A stretch of DNA of 58,481 nt from a virus. Taxonomy: Duplodnaviria; Caudoviricetes. Made by a program: the position numbers and the translations under genes. This document shows positions 8,649 to 17,123 of this stretch, one piece after another. Location: the IMG/VR virus record IMGVR_UViG_3300034004_000010, positions 1-58,481 of that record; one strand, given 5' to 3'. Positions within the stretch are counted from its first letter, which is position 1. Each line of letters begins with the position of its first letter. Under the pieces are notes generated by a model that saw only the letters and a program-made list of their open reading frames with translations, was not told the DNA's origin and searched no databases.

Positions 8649-9263
8649 GTGAGCACCCCCACCAGCGTCTACCGCTACTACGACAGCGACGGCACGCTCA
8701 TCTATGTCGGCATCACCGGCCGTGGCGTCCAACGGCAGCGCGAGCACAACGAGCGGGCCGAATGGTGGCCCTTCGTTAGGCGGCAGGATGTCGAGCACTT
8801 CGACAACCGGCCTGAGGCTGCAGCCCGCGAAAGGGACCTCATCGGTCGGCACTGCCCGCCGTTCAATCGGCAGCACAACCCGCTGTACACGCAGAAGCGG
8901 GAGGACTACCTAGCCCTCCGTGCCAGCCAGAGCCGCGGGTGCAAGTGCGGGCCCAACTGCGAGTACGCCTCGGACGAGCACCACCGCGGCTGGGGGCTCG
9001 GCTGGGAGTACGCCATGCAGGCTTACCCGTCGATGTACCGGCACCACCTGGCGCGCCTGATCGCCAGCGCCGAGGATGACCCAGAACTTGCCGACCTCGC
9101 ACGCCACTTCATGCTTGCCGGCTCCCTGCTCGCACTTCGCCTGCAAGATCGCGAAGCCGTCACCGCCACCGAAGGACCGTCGGCGCTGACTCAAGAGATC
9201 CTTCCGCAGCAGGCAGAGATCGATGAGTACAGCCGTGAACTCGCGGCCACGGGTGCTGCCTGA
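8649..9263 (+). CDS. GIY-YIG nuclease domain protein
   Basis: SVYRYYD..G.LIYVGIT...R..EH...WW, AARERDLI, PPFN. Confidence 0.8.
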   Translation: MSTPTSVYRYYDSDGTLIYVGITGRGVQRQREHNERAEWWPFVRRQDVEHFDNRPEAAARERDLIGRHCPPFNRQHNPLYTQKREDYLALRASQSRGCKCGPNCEYASDEHHRGWGLGWEYAMQAYPSMYRHHLARLIASAEDDPELADLARHFMLAGSLLALRLQDREAVTATEGPSALTQEILPQQAEIDEYSRELAATGAA

Positions 9264-9264
9264 C

Positions 9265-10245
9265 ATGGCCCGCATGCGCTACCTCAAACCCGAGTTCTGG
9301 ACCGACAGTGCGGTCGTTGGGATGAGCCCTTGGGGTCGGCTGCTGTTCATCGGATCCTGGAACTTCGCGATCTGCGAGGCCGGCCACCTCGACGACGACG
9401 CCCTAGCCCTCAAGCTCAAGGTGCTCCCTGCTGACCCGATCAACGCCATTGAGGTGCTCGAAGAGGTCATCGCCAGCGGGCGGATCGTCCGCGAGCAGAC
9501 GCCCGATGGCCGCTCCTACCTGCGCATTCGCAACCTGGGCAAGCACCAGAAGGTCGACGCCAGGTGGGCAACCCGTTGCCCCTACTGTGCCACCTCAACC
9601 CTCGCCAACCCTCAGGAGAGTTTCGGTGAGGGTGGACGTGGCTCTACTACTCACGCCAACTCTCACCTTGACTCTGCCCAGGAGGGGATAGGAGGGGAGA
9701 GGAGAGAGAAGAACCCTTCCCCACCTGACGGCGGGGATGAGGTCGGCCAGGAGGGACTCCTCCTCGTCGCCAGCGAAGGCCGCCCCACCCGCAAGCCCGG
9801 GTTCGATGACTTCTGGGCCATCTACCCCCGCCGCGTCGGGAAGATCGCAGCCAAGGCCGCCTGGGACAAGGCCACCAAGACCCGCAAGGTTGACTCCGCA
9901 GTCATCCTCGCCGCCGCCCAGCGCTACCGCGACGACCCCAACCTCCCCGAGGAGACCCTGCGGCCCTACCCGCAGAAGTGGCTCAATGAGGGCCGCTGGG
10001 AAGACGACCCCCTCGCCGCCCCTCTGGACCTCGGTCGCCGCACAGAGCCGTCCGCGGTCCGACCCGACGGCTCCATCGATGCGGATGCCGTACTCGGCGC
10101 CGAGAAGTGGTCCCTGCCCTCACCCCCGCCCGGGATCGAGCCCGGCACCAGCGGCTACTCCGCATGGGCTCGACAGGCATGGAACGAACACCGAGCCGAA
10201 CGCGAGGCCAAGGCCCGCGAAGTCCTCGCAAGGAGGTCCGCATGA
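9265..10245 (+). CDS. Phage replication initiator (Rep)
   Basis: MARMRYLKPEFWTD...RLLFIG.WNFA N-terminus; FDDFWAIYPRRVGK..A..AW and P..WLNEGRWED C-terminal domain; upstream of DnaB. Confidence 0.8.
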   Translation: MARMRYLKPEFWTDSAVVGMSPWGRLLFIGSWNFAICEAGHLDDDALALKLKVLPADPINAIEVLEEVIASGRIVREQTPDGRSYLRIRNLGKHQKVDARWATRCPYCATSTLANPQESFGEGGRGSTTHANSHLDSAQEGIGGERREKNPSPPDGGDEVGQEGLLLVASEGRPTRKPGFDDFWAIYPRRVGKIAAKAAWDKATKTRKVDSAVILAAAQRYRDDPNLPEETLRPYPQKWLNEGRWEDDPLAAPLDLGRRTEPSAVRPDGSIDADAVLGAEKWSLPSPPPGIEPGTSGYSAWARQAWNEHRAEREAKAREVLARRSA

Positions 10246-11540
10246 TCGAGCTTCGTCACGACATCGACACCGAGCGGTACGTCCTCGGCGCAGTCCTGTT
10301 GTCCGCCGGCCGCGCGTTCGACCTGCTGGGCGACATCACCGGGACGGACTTCCACCGCCCCCAGCACGAGGCGCTGTGGGACCTGCTGTCCCGCATGCAC
10401 ACCAAGCGCGAGCCGGTGGAGCTGAAGCCCGTGGCGCAGCGCGCCGAGGACGAGAAGCTGCCGGGGATCGACGCCGGGTTCCTGTTCGACATCCAGTCCG
10501 GGTGCACCACGTGGCGGAACGTCGAGTGGTACGCCCGGAAGTTGCGGGACCTGGCGCGGCTGCGCCGCCTGCAGCAGGCAGGCCTGGAGGCCACACACCT
10601 TGCCTCGGAGGCGCCGCTGGAGTCCGCGGACGACGCGGTAGAGGCGATCCGCGCCAAGGTGGACGCAGCCGCCTCAGCGAGTCCGTTCGGCGCCGCCGAT
10701 GCGGACCCGTCGTTCGGGGACCTGCTGCTCGAGGCGATGGAACGGTGGGAGTCCCCGGCGGAGGCGACGCTGCCCACGGGGCTGTACGACCTGGACCAGA
10801 AGCTGAACGGCGGCCTGCGGGCCGGGCACCTGTTCATCGTCGGGGCTCGGCCTGCGGTCGGGAAATCCGTCGTGGCGTCCGTCATCGCCCACGCCGCCGT
10901 CCGGCACGGTGTCGGCACCCTGTTCGCGTCGCTTGAGATGTCCCGCGACGAGCTCATGGATCGGGTGTGCGCCGACGCCGCCAGCGTCGACCTCACGCGC
11001 CTCACGCAGCGCAGCCTCACTGAGGAGGACTGGCGCAAGGTCCGCAAGCTTCTGGGGGAGGCGTCCGACTGGCCGCTGACCATCGACGACCGGGCGCACC
11101 TGAACGTCACGATGATCCGCGCGAAGGCACGCGACGTGACCCGCAAGCCCACCGGCCTTGGCCTGGTCGTCGTGGACTACCTGCAGCTTGTGAAGCCGAC
11201 CACCGACAAGGTGAGCCGCCAGGAGCAGGTGGCGTCGGTGTCGCGCAACCTCAAGCTCCTGGCCCGCGAGTTGGGCGTGCCCGTGGTGGCGCTGGCGCAG
11301 GTGAACCGCGGCCCCGAGGGGCGCGCTGACCGCCGGCCGAGCATGTCCGACCTCCGTGAGTCGGGCGCCATTGAGGCCGACGCCGACGAGATCATCTTGC
11401 TCCACCGCGACGACAAGGAGTCGCCGGGGGAGATCGAGTTCATCATTGAGAAGAACCGCCACGGTCGCACAGGGACTGTTGCGATGGCGTGGGCGCCGCA
11501 CTACTCGCGGGTGGCGTCGATGGCGAGGGACTTCGCATGA
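10242..11540 (+). CDS. dnaB: DnaB-like replicative helicase
   Basis: GARPAVGKS Walker A, SLEM, VVVDYLQL, LAQVNR, SDLRESGAIEADAD, KNRHG. Confidence 0.97.
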   Translation: MIELRHDIDTERYVLGAVLLSAGRAFDLLGDITGTDFHRPQHEALWDLLSRMHTKREPVELKPVAQRAEDEKLPGIDAGFLFDIQSGCTTWRNVEWYARKLRDLARLRRLQQAGLEATHLASEAPLESADDAVEAIRAKVDAAASASPFGAADADPSFGDLLLEAMERWESPAEATLPTGLYDLDQKLNGGLRAGHLFIVGARPAVGKSVVASVIAHAAVRHGVGTLFASLEMSRDELMDRVCADAASVDLTRLTQRSLTEEDWRKVRKLLGEASDWPLTIDDRAHLNVTMIRAKARDVTRKPTGLGLVVVDYLQLVKPTTDKVSRQEQVASVSRNLKLLARELGVPVVALAQVNRGPEGRADRRPSMSDLRESGAIEADADEIILLHRDDKESPGEIEFIIEKNRHGRTGTVAMAWAPHYSRVASMARDFA

Positions 11541-11917
11541 GCGAGCACCGCACCCGCGCCGAGGTCGCTGGCCGCAGCCAGGGCCTCTGTGAACTCGGCG
11601 TCGGCCGCGCCGAGGAGATGTCCCACCGCCTCGCCGAAGGCCGCGGCGGTGACTGGTCCGTCGCGAACATCACGCACCTGTCGTCGTTCGCGCACCGCTG
11701 GCTGACCCTGAACCCCGCCAAGGCGTACGCCGGCGGCTGGTTCGTCGAGACCGGTGTCGACCCGGCGCAGGTCCCGATGTGGCTGGCGCGTCCCTACCTG
11801 GGGTGGTGGCTGGTGGTCGAGCCCGGCGACGGCGGCCCGCACATCCTGTGCCCCGTCGACCACGTCGAGGCCGGCCTCCCCGCCGTCCCCGACCTGCCCA
11901 CCAGGAGGGCCGCGTGA
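11537..11917 (+). CDS. Degenerate HNH-like protein
   Basis: V..RS.G.CE...HR...GRGG.WS..N...L...H...P..AY..GW pattern. Confidence 0.5.
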   Translation: MSEHRTRAEVAGRSQGLCELGVGRAEEMSHRLAEGRGGDWSVANITHLSSFAHRWLTLNPAKAYAGGWFVETGVDPAQVPMWLARPYLGWWLVVEPGDGGPHILCPVDHVEAGLPAVPDLPTRRAA

Positions 11918-12144
11918 CCGAGCTCATCCCCGCGGAGTGGATTGGCCGCCGAGTCGTCCTGACCCGTGTCGTCAACGGCGTTCCCGGACGCATCGCTGGA
12001 ACCTTGCTAGCCATCCACGGCCCGGACAAATGGGGGCAGGCGGTCGTGTTGGGCGACCTGCCGGATCACTCCACAGGTCACGCCGTCGTCAACTACGCCC
12101 CGTGGAACATCTACGGGGCTGTCACCCTCGAGGCCGCCGCGTGA
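11914..12144 (+). CDS. Hypothetical protein
   Basis: GTGA overlap, AGGAGG RBS. Confidence 0.6.
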   Translation: MTELIPAEWIGRRVVLTRVVNGVPGRIAGTLLAIHGPDKWGQAVVLGDLPDHSTGHAVVNYAPWNIYGAVTLEAAA

Positions 12145-12458
12145 GCGCCGTGCAGTGGTGGGCGGACCACGCCCGCGCCGCCGCAGCCGACCGCCTCCGC
12201 TCCGGCCGTCCCATCGACCGCGAGTTCGTCGCCGGCCTCGACGCCGACTGCGCCGCGATCGTCGCCCAGGTCGGCGGGGACCTCGAGACGGCCCTGTTCG
12301 CCCTCCACGCGGGGCTCTACAGCGCACACGCCACCGACAGGGCCACCAGCAACCCCCGCCCAGAGGCCACCAGCGCCACGCAGGGCGGCTCAAGCCCCCG
12401 GGGACGCCTCTTCGGTAGCCCCGCCCCGTCACGAGGCCGCTGGAGGGCCGCGTCGTGA
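12141..12458 (+). CDS. Hypothetical protein
   Basis: GTGA overlap. Confidence 0.55.
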   Translation: MSAVQWWADHARAAAADRLRSGRPIDREFVAGLDADCAAIVAQVGGDLETALFALHAGLYSAHATDRATSNPRPEATSATQGGSSPRGRLFGSPAPSRGRWRAAS

Positions 12459-12571
12459 CCTCGGCAGTGAGGGCGAGAGGCCCGCCCGCCACGGAGCAGG
12501 ACCGCGCGGGGGCGCGGAAGCAATACCGCCCCCACTACCCGGTGGGCGGCGGAGCCTCCGGAAGGATCACT

Positions 12572-13159
12572 GTGCTAGCCAGCAAGCTCGCGGCCATCGC
12601 GATCCCGGCCGCCTTCGTCCTCCCCGCGACCCTCGCGAGCCCGGCCGAAGCCGCCCAGGCCCCGACGGTCACCATCGCCGCACCCGCAGCGAAGAAGCTC
12701 ACCCCCAAGGAACGCGCCCGACTCCACAAGCTCCACATGAGGCACCTGCACCTGCTCCACCTGCAGCACCTGAAAGCCCTCGCGCAGCGCAGAGCGGCCA
12801 AGGCGCGCATGAGCGCCCGCGCCAGGGTTCTCCGTGAAGCCCGCAAGTGGCTCGGGACGCCCTACGGCTACGGCGGCACCAGCCGCCGACATGTGGACTG
12901 CTCAGGCTTCACCCAGGCCGTGATGCGGGCCGTCGGGGTGCGCATCCCACGCACCGCCGCGCAGCAGCTCGCCGCCGGCCGCCGTGTCCGGACACCGCGC
13001 CCCGGCGATCTCTACTTCTACAACGCCCACCACGTGGTGCTGATCGTCAAGGTCCGTCGCGGTCGCGTCATCCTCACCGAAGCCGCCAGGCGCGCGGGAA
13101 CTGTCGTCGGGTTCCAGAGGCCGTACGCGCCGGGCATCGTCCGCAGCTTCCTCGCCTGA
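12572..13159 (+). CDS. Secreted NlpC/P60 peptidoglycan hydrolase (alternative start 12455)
   Basis: Signal-peptide-like N-terminus with AEA; LGTPYGYGG...DCSGF, IPRTA..Q, PGDL, HHV; GAAGGA RBS. Confidence 0.85.
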   Translation: MLASKLAAIAIPAAFVLPATLASPAEAAQAPTVTIAAPAAKKLTPKERARLHKLHMRHLHLLHLQHLKALAQRRAAKARMSARARVLREARKWLGTPYGYGGTSRRHVDCSGFTQAVMRAVGVRIPRTAAQQLAAGRRVRTPRPGDLYFYNAHHVVLIVKVRRGRVILTEAARRAGTVVGFQRPYAPGIVRSFLA

Positions 13160-13227
13160 CCCACCCCCATGAACTGGCCGGGCGCGTCCAGCAGAGGGCG
13201 CGCCCGGCCCCACCGGAAGGAACCCCC

Positions 13228-13437
13228 ATGGCCAGCCCCGAGATCGAAAAGTTCGCCGACGACATGATGCGAGAGATCACCATGAACGGCTGCGACCTCG
13301 CCAACATCGTCATGGCGACCGAAGGCTTCACTCCCACCGACGAACACTCCGCCGCTGTGGAACTGGGCGTGCAGGCAGGCGCCAACGCGGCGCTTCAGTG
13401 GCTCAAGGACCACAAGATGATCGCGGGCATGTCATGA
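13228..13437 (+). CDS. Hypothetical protein
   Basis: GAAGGA RBS; ELGVQAG...ALQWL resembles the 13626 gene. Confidence 0.65.
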   Translation: MASPEIEKFADDMMREITMNGCDLANIVMATEGFTPTDEHSAAVELGVQAGANAALQWLKDHKMIAGMS

Positions 13438-13547
13438 ACATCCGCCGAGGTCCCAACTGGGGCCTCATCATCGGGCTCGTCTTCTGCCTCGCGGTCTGGA
13501 CCACCCTCGCATGGGTGTTCCTCGGCGCAGCCCTCAAGGCCCGCTGA
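13434..13547 (+). CDS. Small single-TM membrane protein
   Basis: ATGA overlap; WGLIIGLVFCLAVWTTLAWVFLG. Confidence 0.6.
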   Translation: MNIRRGPNWGLIIGLVFCLAVWTTLAWVFLGAALKAR

Positions 13548-13625
13548 CAATCCGCCGCACCGCCACCATCGCCTGACACAATCAACCAACGGCCGGGGGG
13601 CCACGCACAGCGACCAAGGAGCCCC

Positions 13626-13835
13626 GTGAGCCCCGAGATCGTCCCCCCCGCGGCGATGACCGCCCGCATCACCGAACAAGCCCTCATCGACGCCCGCGCC
13701 GCCCTCATCCTCCAAGACACCCACCTCACCGAAGACGAACTCACCGTCCTCGAGGTCGGCGTCGCCGCAGGCGTCAACCGCACCCTCCGCTGGCTCCACA
13801 CCCACGGCCACCTCAGCGGAAGGGGCAACGCGTGA
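13626..13835 (+). CDS. Hypothetical protein
   Basis: AAGGAG RBS; EVGVAAG...TLRWL. Confidence 0.6.
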   Translation: MSPEIVPPAAMTARITEQALIDARAALILQDTHLTEDELTVLEVGVAAGVNRTLRWLHTHGHLSGRGNA

Positions 13836-14986
13836 GCCTCGCCTGCGTCTCCGGCTGCACCCAGCACCGCCAGCACCTCACCGGCTGCCCCTGCGCCGAC
13901 CCCCAGCACCAACACGGGTTCAACCCTGTCGACTGGGAAGCCGAGAACCGCCTCTTCGACGGCGACATCCCGGTCCATGAAGCCCCCGGCTGCGAAGAAT
14001 GCCCCCGCTGCGACGGCTGCCTCCCACGCCTCGCCGCCAGCCACCTCGACGTCTGCGACTCCTGCGAACGCGCCACCACCACCGCCCTCAACGAACTCCC
14101 CGACCTCTGGGTAGACCTCGCCGAACGCCCCCGCCTCGCAGGCGTCTCAAAAGCCCCCACCACCGAAGGCGACCCCGCGTCACCCGCCAACGACGACCAA
14201 ATCGCCGAACGCTCCGTCATCAAGTCCATCCTCGTCACCTGGTGCAAGGTGCTCGAGGAAGACCACAGCATCACCGTCCCCCACGAGACCGTCGTCGCCG
14301 CCACCAGCCGCACACTCGCCGCCTGGCACTCCGACCAAGCCCGCCACGCCCGCGAAGCCGCCAACCTCCTCGACATGCCCACCACCGGCCCCCTCCACCG
14401 AGACGCCGACGGCGCGGTCGCCATGCGCAAACAAGCCGCCCAAGCAGCCGACAACGCCAGAGCCGTCCGCGACGACCGCGAAACCGGCCGCGACATCCTC
14501 CGCGCCCTCTGCGAACACCTCCACCGCCACAACACCACCCTCCTCACCAGCCCCCACGCCAAGAAGTACGTCTCCGACCTCCGAGACGCCCGCCACGACG
14601 CCCGCGGCAAGGCCTACCCCACAAGCCCCGAACGCCTCACCGTCCCCTGCCCCCAATGCGGAGGCCGCAACAAAGCCCGCCTCGACACCGACGGCGACAT
14701 CACCTGCCGCCAATGCGGAGCCCGAGGAGACGCCCGCTGGTGGGGAGCGAACGCCGAACACGAACCCATGACCCTCACCGACCTCCGCGCCTACCTCGCC
14801 ACCGAAGGCCTCTACCCCACACCCAGACAGCTCCGCTCATGGGCCGACAAGGGCAAACTCGAAACCACCCGCCCAGGACGCGGCCCAGACGGCAAGATGC
14901 AAGACCGCACCTTCGACCCCCTCAAAAGCCTCCACGTCGTCGCCGAACTCCTCGCCCACAAGCGACACGAACGCAGAGTCGCTTGA
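13832..14986 (+). CDS. Zn-ribbon/HTH protein, putative late transcription activator
   Basis: Several CxxC pairs (CDSC, CPQC, CRQC); C-terminal RQLRSWADKGKL HTH-like motif; last early gene before the packaging module. Confidence 0.65.
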   Translation: MSLACVSGCTQHRQHLTGCPCADPQHQHGFNPVDWEAENRLFDGDIPVHEAPGCEECPRCDGCLPRLAASHLDVCDSCERATTTALNELPDLWVDLAERPRLAGVSKAPTTEGDPASPANDDQIAERSVIKSILVTWCKVLEEDHSITVPHETVVAATSRTLAAWHSDQARHAREAANLLDMPTTGPLHRDADGAVAMRKQAAQAADNARAVRDDRETGRDILRALCEHLHRHNTTLLTSPHAKKYVSDLRDARHDARGKAYPTSPERLTVPCPQCGGRNKARLDTDGDITCRQCGARGDARWWGANAEHEPMTLTDLRAYLATEGLYPTPRQLRSWADKGKLETTRPGRGPDGKMQDRTFDPLKSLHVVAELLAHKRHERRVA

Positions 14987-15011
14987 CGCCAACCCGCGTT
15001 CATGTGACCAT
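14983..15011 (+). promoter_or_regulatory. Candidate late promoter
   Basis: TTGACG 14983-88, 17-nt spacer, TGn-GACCAT 15006-11. Confidence 0.45.
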
Positions 15012-15016
15012 GCCAT

Positions 15017-15343
15017 TCAGTGGGGCACAGTTGTCCCCTGAGGCAGGTCGAGCGTCACGCTCCCGCTCCCACATGCGCCCCCGCTGGTCCCGTCGGGGCA
15101 GGGACAAACCGCCGGCATAGTCACCACGCCATCAGCGGCAGACGGACTGAGAGAGCCCTGAGCTAACGGGACACACCCACGAACACCCGCAGCGGCGTCC
15201 ACCTCGCGCTAGCCAACCACCGCGCCCTCTCGGGGAGCGCAACACCACTGGGCGAGCGATGCGACGCACTGCGGGGTAGCACCCAGGGGGTACCGCAACA
15301 GCCAGTCCCCCACAGATAGCCCCCTGTTCTGGGAGGTACCCCC
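15017..15343 (+). ncRNA. Candidate structured ncRNA or late-mRNA leader
   Basis: About 330 nt with no convincing ORF and many nested complementary segments (see findings). Confidence 0.45.
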
Positions 15344-15571
15344 ATGGCAGACACCAAGCCAGGGGATGGCAACGCCCAGAACCTCAAGGCCTACTGGACC
15401 AAGGGCCAGGGCCTAGCCAAGTGGGCCACCCACGCACACCCCTGGACAGCCCTGTACAACCACCTGCGCCAGCACATGCCAGACGAGATGGCCAAGCGTG
15501 TCGCCAGTGAGTGGTACCACCTCGTGCTAGGCCACTGGCCAGGCGAACGCAACGGCAAGGGCAAGGGCTGA
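15344..15571 (+). CDS. Small Trp/His-rich hypothetical protein
   Basis: GGGAGG RBS; LKAYWTKGQGLAKW...HLVLGHWPG. Confidence 0.75.
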   Translation: MADTKPGDGNAQNLKAYWTKGQGLAKWATHAHPWTALYNHLRQHMPDEMAKRVASEWYHLVLGHWPGERNGKGKG

Positions 15572-15572
15572 C

Positions 15573-15875
15573 ATGCCTGCCTGGCAGGGCAGCACCAGAC
15601 GCTCTCGTCTCCCCACTGACTGGCCCACGCGTATCCAGCCCGCCGTGCTGAGGCGTGACCGCTACACGTGCCAGCTCCAGTACGACGACTGCTGCATCGG
15701 CAAGGCGACACAGGCTGACCACATCAAGGCCGGCGACGACCACTCGATGAGCAACCTGCAAGCGGTGTGTGTCCCGTGTCATGCACGCAAGAGCGCACTC
15801 GAGGGCGCTGCAGCCAGGGCAGCCAAGCGCGCCGACCTCAAGCGCACACCCGAAGCGCACCCAGGCATCAGGTAG
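15573..15875 (+). CDS. HNH endonuclease (terminase-associated)
   Basis: VLRRDRYTCQ...ATQADHI...DDHSMSNLQAVCVPCHARKS; upstream of the terminase. Confidence 0.9.
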   Translation: MPAWQGSTRRSRLPTDWPTRIQPAVLRRDRYTCQLQYDDCCIGKATQADHIKAGDDHSMSNLQAVCVPCHARKSALEGAAARAAKRADLKRTPEAHPGIR

Positions 15876-15999
15876 GGCCACCATCCCCTCCCGCCCCTCC
15901 TCGCCCAGCACCGGCTCGTTCTGGCCCTGAGGCTGGCTGCAGTCCTGGGGGTTTCGTGTCGGAGACGCATCGCGGTGAGCGTCTAGTAATATTCCGCCT

Positions 16000-16737
16000 G
16001 TGACCTGCGCCGTTTGCTCTGAGCCCCTCCCGCCTTACTTGGGCAGGGGGCGCCCGCGGACCGTCTGCTCGCGTCGATGCCACAACTGGCGACAGACCCA
16101 CGGCGATCGGCGCCCGTCGTGGCTAGATGCCCGGACGTGCGAGTACTGCGGCAGCGCCATCAGCGATCCCGACATCAGGGTTCGGTTCTGCTCGCTCCGA
16201 TGTCGCACCCGCAATGGGATCGGCAGCTCAGTCGGCAAGACCAAGACGTGCCGGTACTGCGATGCGGAGTTCACCGTCGAGCGGCACAGTCGCCAGATCT
16301 ACTGTTCTGTGAGCTGCCGAGCTAAGTACAACGGGCAGTTCGGCTCCGCTTCCGGCCTCAGGCGCCACGCCGAACGCCGGGGTGCTTCGCGGGGCGAGAG
16401 GTTCACCATGCTCGACCTCGCCAAGAGGGACGGCTGGGTGTGCGCCCTCTGTATCGGCCCGATCGACTGGCGGATCAGAGGCGACCGATACCTCGAGCCC
16501 ACCGTCGACCACGTCGTCCCCCTGTCGAAGGGTGGCGAGCACAGCTTGGCCAACGCACAGTTGGCCCACTGGACGTGCAACGCGGCGAAGCGCAACTCCA
16601 CGGACGTCATCACGATGTCCGTTCCCGCCAAGGGAGTCTCGAAGAGGGAGATACGCAGATGGCCGGGAAGGGTCCAGCCCCCAAGCCGAGCAGCCGGCGA
16701 GTCCGCACCAACGGTGACACGATCCCCTCGCGGGTGA
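16000..16737 (+). CDS. HNH endonuclease with N-terminal Zn-finger repeats
   Basis: Three CxxC...CSxxC repeats; RDGWVCALC, TVDHVVPLSKGGEHSLANAQLAHWTCNAAK. Confidence 0.85.
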   Translation: MTCAVCSEPLPPYLGRGRPRTVCSRRCHNWRQTHGDRRPSWLDARTCEYCGSAISDPDIRVRFCSLRCRTRNGIGSSVGKTKTCRYCDAEFTVERHSRQIYCSVSCRAKYNGQFGSASGLRRHAERRGASRGERFTMLDLAKRDGWVCALCIGPIDWRIRGDRYLEPTVDHVVPLSKGGEHSLANAQLAHWTCNAAKRNSTDVITMSVPAKGVSKREIRRWPGRVQPPSRAAGESAPTVTRSPRG

Positions 16738-17123
16738 TCGAGAACTGGCAGGCCGACCGCAAGGAACTGCCCAACGACCTCCTCCCTGACGGTGAGGTGT
16801 GGCACCCGGCCACCGTCCGCTGGTGGCAGCGCTGGCTCATGTCGCCTCTGAGCGAGAAGTGGACCGAGGTCGACTGGTCCGAGCTCGAGGCGTGCGCGGT
16901 GCTCCATCAGGAGTTCATGAAGAAGCGCACCTTCACGCTGGCGTCGGAGATCCGGCTGCGCGTGGCCAAATTCGGCGCAACCCCTGAGGACCGGGCAAGA
17001 CTTCGCATCGTCTTCGCTGACGCTGACGAGAAGGACGCCAAGCGCCCTGCTGCTGGATCGGCTAGCCGTGAGCGCTTCGGCGACCTCCGCATCCTTCCTG
17101 GGGCTGGCGCGGCGGGCTCCTGA
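16659..17123 (+). CDS. Terminase small subunit
   Basis: MAGKGPAPKP, WHPAT..WW..W..SP, EIRLRVAKFGATPEDRARLRI; GAGGGAG RBS. Confidence 0.9.
   Translation: MAGKGPAPKPSSRRVRTNGDTIPSRVIENWQADRKELPNDLLPDGEVWHPATVRWWQRWLMSPLSEKWTEVDWSELEACAVLHQEFMKKRTFTLASEIRLRVAKFGATPEDRARLRIVFADADEKDAKRPAAGSASRERFGDLRILPGAGAAGS

Noticed and set aside
12459-12570. c-di-AMP (ydaO) riboswitch before NlpC/P60
   Set aside because: It lacks the conserved ydaO segments as I recall them; kept only as an unassigned candidate structure.
15144-15190. Hammerhead ribozyme or tRNA within the non-coding region
   Set aside because: CTGAGAG does not fit CUGANGA and there is no GAAA core. No T-arm GTTCRA or cloverleaf was found here, and I noticed no tRNA elsewhere.
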